Below are positions 17,410 through 26,348 of a stretch of 64,000 bases of DNA, one piece after another; positions within the stretch are counted from its first letter, which is position 1; each line of letters starts with the position of its first letter. The DNA lies in assembly GCA_023251935.1 (NCBI GenBank), contig JAHEXV010000002.1, forward strand, positions 18,720 to 82,719, read 5' to 3'. The notes under the pieces are model-generated. The model was not told the DNA's origin. It ran no database searches and saw only the letters and a list, made by a program, of their open reading frames with translations. A program made the translations under genes and the position numbers. The stretch comes from a bacterium (lineage in GTDB: Bacteria > Actinomycetota > Thermoleophilia > Solirubrobacterales > 70-9).

Positions 17410-18141
17410 CTAGTCCGAAATGCTCCCGGGCAACCGGCCCTCCGCCTCGAGCTTCTCGAGGTGGGCCTGCATGACGATCGCCGCCACGGGGCGCATCTCG
17501 GCCGGCACGTCGTCCCAGGCCAAGGCGAGCAGGCGCGCTCGCGATCGCTCCCCGTCGGCGAGCGCGGAGAGGAGCCTTCGCTCGCGCATCAGACGGTGCT
17601 CGATGTACTCGTCGATCCTGGCCCGTGGATCGAGGATGTAGCCGCCGTGCCCCGGACACAGCAGCTTCAGATCGGCCGCCCGGAGGCGCTCGAGCGAGTC
17701 CATATAGGCCGCCAGCGAGCCGCCGTCTGGCGGAACGAAGCTCGAGCCGTGGCCCAGCACCAGGTCGCCGCACAGGCCGACGTCCCCAATCAGCAAGCAG
17801 ACGTGGTCGGTCGCATGGCCGGGAGTGGGCATGACCTCGAACGGTCCGACTCGCTCGGGCTCGACCGCGACCGCGATGCCCCCCGACCCGGGCTCGGCGC
17901 CCGCCTCGCCCGAGGTCTCGTCGCCCGCTCCCACCTCCCCGAACAGCAGCGGCGCGTCGAGCGCCGGAGCGCCCGCCGAGTGGTCAACGTGTGAGTGGGT
18001 GAGCAGAACGCCGCCGATCCCGCCTTGACTCTCGGCGGCCGAGCGCACCGCTTCGACATGACCGGGATCGGCCGGGCCGGGGTCGACCACGTACGCCGGA
18101 TCGCTGCCCACCACGTAGGTGTTGGTGCCCTCGAGGGTCAT
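17410..18141 (-). CDS. MBL-fold metallo-hydrolase
   Basis: GTNTYVVG and the metal motif LLTHSHVDHSAG. 243 aa. Confidence 0.85.
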   Translation of the reverse strand: MTLEGTNTYVVGSDPAYVVDPGPADPGHVEAVRSAAESQGGIGGVLLTHSHVDHSAGAPALDAPLLFGEVGAGDETSGEAGAEPGSGGIAVAVEPERVGPFEVMPTPGHATDHVCLLIGDVGLCGDLVLGHGSSFVPPDGGSLAAYMDSLERLRAADLKLLCPGHGGYILDPRARIDEYIEHRLMRERRLLSALADGERSRARLLALAWDDVPAEMRPVAAIVMQAHLEKLEAEGRLPGSISD

Positions 18142-18204
18142 CGGCCCGGGGTTCGGGGCGACGATCCTGACGATCTCCGGATGACCCGGTGGGGAGTCGA
18201 TGGG

Positions 18205-20256
18205 CTAGCCGCCGCCGACCGCATCGTGCACGGACTCCCGGGCCTCCTCGGGGGCCAGCACCACCAGGTCGCCGACCCCCTTGAGGATCTCGCGCACGAG
18301 CCAGTCGGCCGATCCGTACGGGAGCTCCACGACGACCGCGTGATCGGCCAGCTCCTCGACCACGGTGCGCTCCTCGCGCAGCCACCTGGCGCGCTCCGGC
18401 GAGACCCAGACGCGAGCGACCCCGGCGCTCCCGACCTCGCCGCGGACCAGCCATTCCTGCTCATCGAGGCGCCCCTCGACCCCTTCCCGGGGCTCGAACG
18501 CCCGCCGGGTCAGCCGCGCCTCCTTCATCCGATCGAGTCGGAAGTGGCGGGTGTCCTCGCGGCCGAGGTCGTAGCAGCCCAGGTACCAGCCCTCGGGGCC
18601 ACTGACGAGCTGGTAGGGCTCGACCTCCCGCTTGACGAACTCGTCCTCGTTCTCCTTGTAGTAGTGGAGCTCGAGCACGCGGCGGCGCTCGATCGCGTCG
18701 TTGACGGTGCGAACGACCTTGGAGTCGTCGCGCCCGGGAGCGATCTCGAGGCCCTCCTGCGAGGGATCATGGCCGAGCGCGGCGACGATCTTCTGGCGCG
18801 CGGTCGACAGCCCCGCCTGGGGGAGGTGGTCGCCGAACAGGTCGATCGCCGCGACCAGGGCCTTCGCCTCGAGCGGCAAAAGACGGGCGGGACGGGCGAA
18901 GTTCTCGCCGTAGGTGTCCGGGTCGACCTCGATCACCTCGCCGGTGATCTCCGCGTAGAGCACGTACGTGCCGCCCCCGAAGTTGACCACGTTGAGCACG
19001 TCGATGTCCTCGCGGAGCTCCTGCCGACTGACGTTGAGCTCGTCGAGCACCGTGGCGACGGGCAGCCGCGCATCCTCCCGAGCGGCGCCGATCAAAAAGC
19101 CGGCCAGGGTCACCAGGCGAGCGAAGCGCTCGGGCCGGATCACCGACTCCGAGCGGCCGTTGGTCGACCGCGGGCGGCCGTTGCCGTCGGCGGCGGGCCG
19201 CGAGACGGTCTTCGCGAGCCGGAACTTGCCGCTGTGGCGCTCGCGCAGCAGCTCGAGCCGCTTCGCGGCCTCCCGCGCCAGGTCCTCGGGCTCGAGCAGC
19301 GTCGCGTTGTCCCGCCAGCCGAGGACCCAGGAGATCAGCTGCCTGCCCGACGCGTAGTCGGTCTCGTAGATCGCCCCCCGCCCCGAGACGCCGTCCTTCT
19401 TGGTCGCCTTGCGCAGGGTGCCGTAGCCGGCGAAATCACGCTCCACCAGCCACGCGATCCGCTCCCGCACGAACACCTTCGCGGTGCCCTCAATCTCGCC
19501 CATCTGCCAGTCCGCCCGCGAGGCGTAGTCGCGACGATCGAAGTCCTCGGGCGGCGGGAAGTCGTGCTCGGCCTTGGTCGCGTAGGAGACCTTGCCCCGG
19601 ATCCGCGAGAGGCGGAACACCCGCACCTCGTCCCGCTCGTGGGAATGAGCGATCAAGTAGAACTGGCCGTTGCGGAACACGAGGTGATAGGGATCGACCT
19701 TGCGGTCGGAGACCTCGTCGCGCTGCAGCGAGTAGTAGCTGAACTCGATCGTCTTGCGGCGGGAGATCGCCGTCTCGATCTTCGCCAGGCGCTGCGACAT
19801 CTCCCGGCCCCCGCCGGGCGGCGCGAGCTTGACCTCGATCGAGGTCGCATCGACCTCCTCCAGCGGGCTGGGGCGCCCCCATGACACCTGCTGGAGGGCG
19901 AGCCGCAGCGGCTCCGCGTAGGCGAACTCCCCGTCGAGCAGCCCGAGCGCGGTGCGCAGCGCCGCCAGCTCGCCGTCGGTGAACTCGATCGGGCGCAGGT
20001 AGTAGTTCTCCGGCGGCAGCGCGTAGAGCTCGGCCTCGAAGAAGCCCTCGGCGGGCTTCTCGACCTGGAGCGAAATCCCGAGGCTCTCGAGCTCGGCGCG
20101 ATCGGCATAGAAGCGACGCGCGAAGGCGTCGTCGTTCATCGAGCTATAGCCCTCCACCTCTCGCTTGATCTCGAGCGCCGACACCGGGCGCCTGTTGGCC
20201 ATCAGGAACGAGATCAGCGAGAGCTGGCGGATCAGCTTCTCGGTGTCCTTGGCCAT
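18205..20256 (-). CDS. pafBC: Naturally fused PafB-PafC-like regulator (two HTH-WYL units in one polypeptide)
   Basis: Unit 1 has wHTH LIRQLSLISFLMANRRPVSALEI plus WYL VDPYHLVFRNGQFYLIAHSHERDEVRVFRLSRI. Unit 2 has ERFARLVTLAGFL plus VEPYQLVSGPEGWYLGCYDLGREDTRHFRLDRM. Start trimmed to ATG 20254-20256 (MAKDTEKL). Confidence 0.8.
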   Translation of the reverse strand: MAKDTEKLIRQLSLISFLMANRRPVSALEIKREVEGYSSMNDDAFARRFYADRAELESLGISLQVEKPAEGFFEAELYALPPENYYLRPIEFTDGELAALRTALGLLDGEFAYAEPLRLALQQVSWGRPSPLEEVDATSIEVKLAPPGGGREMSQRLAKIETAISRRKTIEFSYYSLQRDEVSDRKVDPYHLVFRNGQFYLIAHSHERDEVRVFRLSRIRGKVSYATKAEHDFPPPEDFDRRDYASRADWQMGEIEGTAKVFVRERIAWLVERDFAGYGTLRKATKKDGVSGRGAIYETDYASGRQLISWVLGWRDNATLLEPEDLAREAAKRLELLRERHSGKFRLAKTVSRPAADGNGRPRSTNGRSESVIRPERFARLVTLAGFLIGAAREDARLPVATVLDELNVSRQELREDIDVLNVVNFGGGTYVLYAEITGEVIEVDPDTYGENFARPARLLPLEAKALVAAIDLFGDHLPQAGLSTARQKIVAALGHDPSQEGLEIAPGRDDSKVVRTVNDAIERRRVLELHYYKENEDEFVKREVEPYQLVSGPEGWYLGCYDLGREDTRHFRLDRMKEARLTRRAFEPREGVEGRLDEQEWLVRGEVGSAGVARVWVSPERARWLREERTVVEELADHAVVVELPYGSADWLVREILKGVGDLVVLAPEEARESVHDAVGGG

Positions 20257-20359
20257 GGCGACGGAGAATAAGGGCTGGTCGCAGCCGCTTCGGCGGCGGT
20301 CTGGAAGATGCCGCAATTTCGGCTCTTGGGCGGAGAGCCGACCGGAGGTTGCCGTCCCG

Positions 20360-21394
20360 CTAGGCGGCGCGCGAGCTGAAGTAGGCCGCCGAGTCGATGC
20401 CCCGGTCGAAGCGCGACCAGGCCTCACCGTCGGGCAGGGCGCGCTCGATCCGGTCGAAGCTGCCGAGCTTGCCGCCCAGGTTGTCGACCGCGTGGACCAG
20501 GGTCGCCTCGCGCGTCGCGGGCGCCACCGGGGAGCCGTTCTCGAGCGTGCCGTGATGGGAGAGGACGATGTGGAAGATCGCCTGCGCGAGGTCCGGGTCG
20601 AAGCCCTGAATCCGCTCGACCTCGCGCCGGACCAGGTAGTAGCCGAGCGGGATCTCGCCCTGGAGGCGGCCGGCGTCGGTGAGGTCGATCGCCAGCGGAT
20701 CGTCGTTATAGGCCATGGTCTTGCCGATGTCGTGGAGCAGCGCGCCGGTGACCGCGACGTCGCGATCGATTCCGGGAAAGGCGGAGGCGGCGGCGCTCAC
20801 CGCCTGAGCGACCGAGACGGTGTGGTCCAGCAGCCCGTGGCGGTATGCCTGGTGGTAGTACTTCGCCGCCGGCGCCTCGCGGAACCGGGACCAGACCGGG
20901 GACTCGGCCGCGAAGAAGGCAGCCAGGAGCGCCCGCAGCTGCGGGTTCTGGATCGTCTCGAGCAGCTCGCGCAACTCGGCTTCCAGCCGCTCCACCGCGA
21001 CGCTCGGCCCCGCGGCGAGGTCGCCCGCCTCGAACTCGTCGGGGGTCGCGGCGCGCATCGCCTCGACGGTGATCTTCGGCCCGTACTGGGGGTGGACCCC
21101 GAACCGGCCTCGAACGTGCACCGCGACGCCGGGGGCGGCCACCTCGTAGGCCTCCTGGACGGCCTCCCAGACCACGGCCTCGATGCTGCCGGAGCGATCG
21201 CAGACCACCAGTCGCAGCCATTCGCCCCCGTTTCGACGCTGGCGCAGCTCGCGCTCGCGGACCGCGAAGACGCCTTCCACCGCCTGATCGTCGGCGAGCT
21301 CGCGCACCCAGATGCGCTCCAGCGACGCGGATTCTCCGTTCACCACGGAGCCCGCTTCAGTGGGCTGTTCGGTCAATTTCACCTGCTCGCTCAT
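20360..21394 (-). CDS. yhaM: YhaM-like 3'-5' exonuclease (OB-fold + HD domain)
   Basis: N-terminal OB-like segment (FAVRERELRQRRNGGEWLRLVVCDRSGSIEAVVWE) and HD domain (YRHGLLDHTVSV...ALLHDIGK...VLSHHG). Start trimmed to ATG 21392-21394. Confidence 0.8.
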   Translation of the reverse strand: MSEQVKLTEQPTEAGSVVNGESASLERIWVRELADDQAVEGVFAVRERELRQRRNGGEWLRLVVCDRSGSIEAVVWEAVQEAYEVAAPGVAVHVRGRFGVHPQYGPKITVEAMRAATPDEFEAGDLAAGPSVAVERLEAELRELLETIQNPQLRALLAAFFAAESPVWSRFREAPAAKYYHQAYRHGLLDHTVSVAQAVSAAASAFPGIDRDVAVTGALLHDIGKTMAYNDDPLAIDLTDAGRLQGEIPLGYYLVRREVERIQGFDPDLAQAIFHIVLSHHGTLENGSPVAPATREATLVHAVDNLGGKLGSFDRIERALPDGEAWSRFDRGIDSAAYFSSRAA

Positions 21395-21622
21395 CGCTTG
21401 ATTCACAGTAGAGAGGGCGGCGGACGTGCCTGCTCTCCCCCTTTGGGTCAGCCCGGAGACGGCCGGCCCGACGCCCGGTGGCGCTCCGCCCCCGCGAACC
21501 GAGTCCCCTCGTGTCCGGAGGACGGACGCAACTCGCCACAGTTGGTCAGCGCCGTGCCGGCAGGTTGCCGCGCTCTTCGGGACTGAGGAAGTTGCTCTCG
21601 CGCGAACAGCTTTCCGGACGGA

Positions 21623-21695
21623 TGGCGAGGGGCAGAATCGAACTGCCGACACCACGATTTTCAGTCGTGTGCTCTACCAACTGAGCTACCTCGCC
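21623..21695 (-). tRNA. tRNA-Phe (GAA)
   Basis: The reverse complement folds as a cloverleaf. Acceptor GGCGAGG/CCTCGCC, D-arm GCTC-AGTTGGTA-GAGC, anticodon arm CACGA-CTGAAAA-TCGTG, T-arm GGCAG-TTCGATT-CTGCC, discriminator A. No encoded CCA. Confidence 0.93.
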
Positions 21696-21751
21696 CGGGC
21701 GGCTAAGGCTAGCGACGACGAGGCTCGCGAACCGCGTCGCCCTGGGGCCGA

Positions 21752-22243
21752 TCAGCGCTCCTCGGTCGCCAGGTGGATCGCCCGCTCGACGGCGGTGGCG
21801 GGGTCTGCGGCGACCTCGACCCCCGGGCCCCCGCTCATCGCGCCGCTGCCGCTCAGCTGCCAGCTCCGGATCGCGACCACCGGGCGCCCGAGCTCTCGGG
21901 CGAAGGCGATCTCCGAGAGAGTCCCCCACTCACCCCCGACCGCGATCACGGCCTCGCCCGAGGAGACCACCGCGAGGTTGCGGGCGTGGCCCACCCCGCT
22001 CGCGATCACGTGCGTGCAGTAGGGGTTCGCCTGCTCGGCGGCGCTGCTCGGAACGATGCCGATCACCGTCCCGCCGGCGGTCGAGGCGCCCCTGGCGACG
22101 GCCTCCATCACCCCGGTCAAGCCGCCGCAGACCACCGCCGCCCCGGCCTCCGCCAGGCGCCGGCCGACCTCCTCGGCCAAGGGTGATAGCTCGTCGTCCG
22201 GGGTTCCCTTCCCGATCACCGAGATCTGCAGCGGTTTGGTCAA
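21752..22243 (-). CDS. LOG/TIGR00725-like Rossmann-fold protein (SLOG superfamily)
   Basis: CGGLTGVMEAVARGASTAGGTVIGIVP and AVGGEWGTLSEIAFA match the GGxxGxM...PGGxGTxxE pattern of LOG-type proteins. Start trimmed to TTG 22241-22243 (MTKPLQISVIGKG), which overlaps the helicase stop (TTGA). Confidence 0.72.
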   Translation of the reverse strand: MTKPLQISVIGKGTPDDELSPLAEEVGRRLAEAGAAVVCGGLTGVMEAVARGASTAGGTVIGIVPSSAAEQANPYCTHVIASGVGHARNLAVVSSGEAVIAVGGEWGTLSEIAFARELGRPVVAIRSWQLSGSGAMSGGPGVEVAADPATAVERAIHLATEER

Positions 22244-24594
22244 CTGGTCTTCCCTCCGGGCGCCCCGCCCGCTCCGGCGAGCATTCCGATCATCAGACCG
22301 AGCGCGCCCTGTTTGTGCAGGGGCTCGTTCAGGTTGCCGCATTTCGGGCTCTGCACGCACGACGGGCAGCCGTCCGAGCAGGGGCACTCGCCGATCAGCT
22401 TCGCGGCGTCGACCACCAGCCGTTCGAAGACGTCGAAGCCGCGTCTCGCGATTCCGACCCCGCCCGGGTGGCCGTCATAGATGAAGATCGTCGGTCGGCC
22501 GGTCTGGTAGTGGACGTTGGTCGACAGCCCGCCGATGTCCCACCGATCGCACATCGCGAGCAGCGGCAGGACCGCGATCTGCCCGTGCTCGGTGGCGTGC
22601 AGAGCCCCGAGCAGGACCTCTGGAGGAAGCGCCGCGGGGCCGACCAGCTCGTCGCCGAGCACGTACCAGAGCGCCTGGGTCGGGAAGTTGGACTCCGGCA
22701 GGTCGAGGGCCACCATGTCGATCACCTCGTGGTCGGTGAGGCGCTTGCGCTGGAAGGCGATCACCTGCTCGGTCACCGAGACCTCCCCGAACGAGAGCTC
22801 GACGCCCGGCCCCGCGCCGAGCGGATCGGGCTGGGTGGCGACGATCCGCTCGATGTAGACCTCGGTTTCGGCCTTCGGCTGCGTGTACCAGTCCCCCTCG
22901 AACGGCTCGACGATCGCGCGCCGGGCCTCGAGGTCGAGCTCGCGCACCTCGTAGGAGCGCCCCAGGTGCAGGTAGACGGCGCCGGGGTGAACGGTCGTGA
23001 ACGCCCGCTCGGCCTCGACCGCGCCGAGCAGCTCTCCGGAGGCCGCCTCGACGACGGCCACCGAGTCCGCGGACGCCGAGCGCAGCGAGATATCGGCGGC
23101 CGGGAAGCGGGGTGTGCGGGGCAGATACCGGCCCTCGCGACCGCGCCGCAGCTCGCCCAGCGAGACGAGTGCCTCGGCGCGCTCGCGCCAGCGCTCGCCG
23201 AACACCGCCGCGTCGGCATCCGACAGCGGCAGCTCGTAGGCAGCGGCCAACAGGTGCGCGAGCTGGACGCGCTCGTTCTCGTGGTCGAGGATCGCCGCCT
23301 CGACCGGTCGCTCCAGGAACTCCTGGGGGTGGCGGCAGAAGAACTGGTCGAGCGCATCCTGCCCGGCGACGTAGATCGCCAGGCCCTCGCTGCGACGCCC
23401 GGCGCGCCCCCACATCTGCCGCAGGCTGGCCACCGTGCCGGGGAAGGTGACGCAGATCGCGGCGTCGAGATGACCGATGTCGATCCCCAGCTCGAGCGCG
23501 TCGGTCGCGACTACCGCCAGCAGGTCGCCGGCCGCGAGCCCCGCCTCGATCTGGCGCCTCTGCGGCGGCGTGTAACCGGCCCGGTAGGGGGCGATCCGGT
23601 CCGCCAGCTCGGGTCGGCCGAGCTCCTCGAGTCTGATCCGGGCGAACCGCTGGATCAGCTCGATCCCCCGGCGACTGCGCAGGAAGCAGATCGTCCGAAC
23701 CCCCTCGCCGACCAGGTCGGCGAGCAGCTCCGCGGCCTCGGAGAGCACCGAGCGCCGGGTCATCGACCGGGGCTCGATCACCGGCGGATTCCAGATCCCG
23801 ATCCGCCGCCGCGCCCGCGGCGCGCCGTCGGAATCGACCAGTCGAAACGGCTCCCCGACCAACCGCTCGGCCAGCTCGACCGGGTTGTCGATAGTCGCCG
23901 AGGCGAGGATGAAGCGCGGCTCGCCGCCGTAGCGAGCGGCGACCCGGCGCAGGCGCCGCAGCACGTTGGCGACGTGCGAGCCGAAGACGCCGCGATAGGT
24001 GTGGGCCTCGTCCACGACCACCCACCCCAGGTTGGCCATCAGGTCGCCCCAGCTCTTGTGGTGGGGAAGGATGCCCACGTGGAGCATGTCCGGATTGGTG
24101 AGGATCAGGTTCGATCGCCGCCGGATCGCCGGCCGGTCCTCGCGGGGGGTGTCGCCGTCGTAGATCGCCTGCCGCAACCCTCCCAGGGCGAGGCCGGAGA
24201 GCTTTCTCGCCTGGTCCTGGGCGAGCGCCTTGGTCGGATACAGGTACAGCGCCCTTCGCGCGCCGTCACGGGCCAGCTCGTCGAGGACGGGCAGGTTGAA
24301 CGACAGCGACTTCCCCGATGCCGTTCCGCTGGTCACCACGACGTTGCCCGCCGCGGCAGCCTCGAACGCCTCGAGCTGATGGGAGTAGAGCGTTTCGATC
24401 CCGCCGGCTCGCAGGGCGCCCGCCAGCTCGGGGGCGAGCGAGGAGGGGATCTCGATCGTCTCGGCCGTGCGTGCCGGCTCGAGGCTCTCGGCCACCAGCC
24501 GGGCGTCGAGGCGGCCGGGCTCGATCGCGCGGTCCCAGCCCGCCGCGGCGGCGGCGCGGCCGGCGACGCTAGCCACGGGCTGTCGAGACCGCAT
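22240..24594 (-). CDS. SftH/MrfA(YprA)-type DEAD/DEAH helicase with C-terminal DUF1998 (MZB) zinc module
   Basis: SGTASGKS (I), VVDEAH (II), SAT (III) and GRAGRR (VI). C-terminal four-Cys cluster ECPCSDGCPSCVQSPKCGNLNEPL. ATG 24592-24594 overlaps the folP 3' end by 26 nt; an in-frame GTG at 24574-24576 is an alternative start. Confidence 0.87.
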   Translation of the reverse strand: MRSRQPVASVAGRAAAAAGWDRAIEPGRLDARLVAESLEPARTAETIEIPSSLAPELAGALRAGGIETLYSHQLEAFEAAAAGNVVVTSGTASGKSLSFNLPVLDELARDGARRALYLYPTKALAQDQARKLSGLALGGLRQAIYDGDTPREDRPAIRRRSNLILTNPDMLHVGILPHHKSWGDLMANLGWVVVDEAHTYRGVFGSHVANVLRRLRRVAARYGGEPRFILASATIDNPVELAERLVGEPFRLVDSDGAPRARRRIGIWNPPVIEPRSMTRRSVLSEAAELLADLVGEGVRTICFLRSRRGIELIQRFARIRLEELGRPELADRIAPYRAGYTPPQRRQIEAGLAAGDLLAVVATDALELGIDIGHLDAAICVTFPGTVASLRQMWGRAGRRSEGLAIYVAGQDALDQFFCRHPQEFLERPVEAAILDHENERVQLAHLLAAAYELPLSDADAAVFGERWRERAEALVSLGELRRGREGRYLPRTPRFPAADISLRSASADSVAVVEAASGELLGAVEAERAFTTVHPGAVYLHLGRSYEVRELDLEARRAIVEPFEGDWYTQPKAETEVYIERIVATQPDPLGAGPGVELSFGEVSVTEQVIAFQRKRLTDHEVIDMVALDLPESNFPTQALWYVLGDELVGPAALPPEVLLGALHATEHGQIAVLPLLAMCDRWDIGGLSTNVHYQTGRPTIFIYDGHPGGVGIARRGFDVFERLVVDAAKLIGECPCSDGCPSCVQSPKCGNLNEPLHKQGALGLMIGMLAGAGGAPGGKTS

Positions 24595-25447
24595 CCCGGG
24601 GGCTCGGGCTCCGGCCCTCGATCGCTGCCGCCACGCGCAGGGCGTCGAGCGCGGTCCGGTCGTGGAGGCGGACGATGTCGGCGCCGTTGGCGACCGCGAG
24701 CGCGGTCGCCGCGGCGGTCGCCCATTCACGATCGCCCGCCGGCGCCCGCTCCGCCCACGAACCGGCCAGCACCGCCCCCAGGAAGTCCTTGCGCGACAAG
24801 GCGACGAACAGCGGGCGGCCCAGGGCGCGAAACTCGCCGAGCCTGGCGAGGATCTCGAGATCGTCATCGACCGAGAGGTCGAAGTCGAGCCCGGGGTCGA
24901 GCGCGATCTGCTCCTCGGCGACCCCGCGTCCCACCGCGGCCTCGATCCGGTCGGCGAACCACCGCGTCAGGTGATCGACGGGATCCGCGTGGGCGGCGGG
25001 CTCCCGGTCGGACCTCGGCGGGCCCTCGATGTGCATGAGGACGTAGCCGCATCCGCGCTCGGCGACCAGCTCGAGCATCTCCGCCCGCCCGCCGGAGGTG
25101 TCGTTGATCGCCACCGCCCCGGCGTCGAGCGCGCGCCGCGCGACCTCGGGCTGGAACGTGTCGGCGCTCAGCGGCACTCGCGCGCCGCGCCCCAGGCCCT
25201 CGATCACCGGGATCAGCCGGGCGGCCTCCTCCGCCGCCGACACCGGAGCGCCGCTGGCCGCCGGAACGGCGCCGACGTCCAGGAGGTCGAAGCCGGCCGA
25301 GACCAGCGCGAGGCCGTGCTCGACGGCGTCCTCGGCCTTCTGGAAGCGGGCGCCCTCGAAGAACGAGTCGGGGGTCACGTTGACGATCCCCGCCGCCAGG
25401 GGCGGGGCGAGCTCGAGCGTTCGATCCGCGAGCCGCCAGCGAGTCAT
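24569..25447 (-). CDS. folP: Dihydropteroate synthase
   Basis: GIVNVTPDSFFEG, DLLDVGA, LSADTF, AINDTSG and YVLMH motifs. 292 aa. Confidence 0.92.
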   Translation of the reverse strand: MTRWRLADRTLELAPPLAAGIVNVTPDSFFEGARFQKAEDAVEHGLALVSAGFDLLDVGAVPAASGAPVSAAEEAARLIPVIEGLGRGARVPLSADTFQPEVARRALDAGAVAINDTSGGRAEMLELVAERGCGYVLMHIEGPPRSDREPAAHADPVDHLTRWFADRIEAAVGRGVAEEQIALDPGLDFDLSVDDDLEILARLGEFRALGRPLFVALSRKDFLGAVLAGSWAERAPAGDREWATAAATALAVANGADIVRLHDRTALDALRVAAAIEGRSPSPRDAVSTARG

Positions 25448-25519
25448 CCTCGGCCTACGTTAGTGGTCGCGGGCGCGTGCCAGCCGTGGAGCTCGCTGCC
25501 TCCGTGTACGGTCCCGCCC

Positions 25520-26335
25520 GTGTCGCTGCGCTGTGCGTACACGGACCTCGACGGCACCCTGCTCGGCCACCAGGGATCGCTGTTCCGCGACTCGGTCGGC
25601 GAGTTCTCGCTCCGGCAGGCGCGGACGCTCGAGGCCTGCCACCGGACCGGCGTCGAGGTGGTGATCATGTCCGGCCGCCGCGAGGCCCAGGTGATGGCCG
25701 ACGCCCGCCTGCTCGGCCAGAACTCCTACATCTACGAGGCCGGCTGCGGGGTCGTGATCGACGGTGAGCGGACGTTGCTGACCGGGGACTGGATGCCCGA
25801 CGACGACGGCACCCCGGCCGAGAGGATGATCGCCGCCGGGATCCCCGATCTTCTCTTCGAGCGCTTCGGGCCGCGGCTCGACTGGCACCGTCCCTGGCAC
25901 CGAGAGCGTCAGCTCTCCCATCTGTTTCGGGGCAGCGTCGATGTCGCCGAGGCCAACGCGCTGCTCGCCGAGCACGGTCACTCGGACCTCCGCTTCCTCG
26001 ACAACGGCGCGATCGTGCGGGCGATGGACGGCATCGAGGGCCCCGCCCACGCCTACCACCTGGTGCCCGGTGGAGCGAGCAAGGCGAAGGCGGTGGCCTT
26101 CCACATCCGAGCGCGTGGCTACGCGTCCGAGGAGTGCATCGCGATCGGCGACTCGCTCGAGGACCTCAACGCGGCGCAGGCGGTCGGCCGCTTCTTCGTG
26201 GTCGCGAACGGGCCCGAGCAGGATCCCGGGCTCCGGGAGGCGATCGGCGACCGGCCCAACGTCACCGTCACCGAGGGCCGCAACGGCGACGGCGTCTACG
26301 AGGCCGTGATCTCGACCCTGGCCGAGCGCGGCTGA
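25520..26335 (+). CDS. HAD-IIB (Cof-like) phosphatase
   Basis: Motif I YTDLDGTLLG, SGRR, and motif IV IAIGDSLEDL. Start set to the in-frame GTG at 25520; the 351 codons upstream in the track ORF are antisense shadow of folP and the helicase. Confidence 0.7.
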   Translation: MSLRCAYTDLDGTLLGHQGSLFRDSVGEFSLRQARTLEACHRTGVEVVIMSGRREAQVMADARLLGQNSYIYEAGCGVVIDGERTLLTGDWMPDDDGTPAERMIAAGIPDLLFERFGPRLDWHRPWHRERQLSHLFRGSVDVAEANALLAEHGHSDLRFLDNGAIVRAMDGIEGPAHAYHLVPGGASKAKAVAFHIRARGYASEECIAIGDSLEDLNAAQAVGRFFVVANGPEQDPGLREAIGDRPNVTVTEGRNGDGVYEAVISTLAERG

Positions 26336-26348
26336 CCGGAGGCCGCGG

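Noticed and set aside
20257-20427. N-terminal extensions of track ORFs, for example 18205..20427, 20360..21655, 12487..13749, 33244..34485 and 34122..35483
   Set aside because: The extensions are Arg-rich and non-homologous, and often overlap the upstream gene. Internal ATG or GTG starts reproduce the canonical N-termini (MAKDTEKL, MSEQVKL, VNVLITGAGG, MAIIVDE, MDLLEYQGK).
21596-21622. GAAC/GTTC-like sequence (CGAACAGCTTTCCGG) considered as a LexA/Cheo box upstream of yhaM
   Set aside because: Only one half-site matches, and the spacing does not fit either CGAAC-N4-GTTCG or TCGAAC-N4-GTTCGA. It abuts the tRNA-Phe 3' end.
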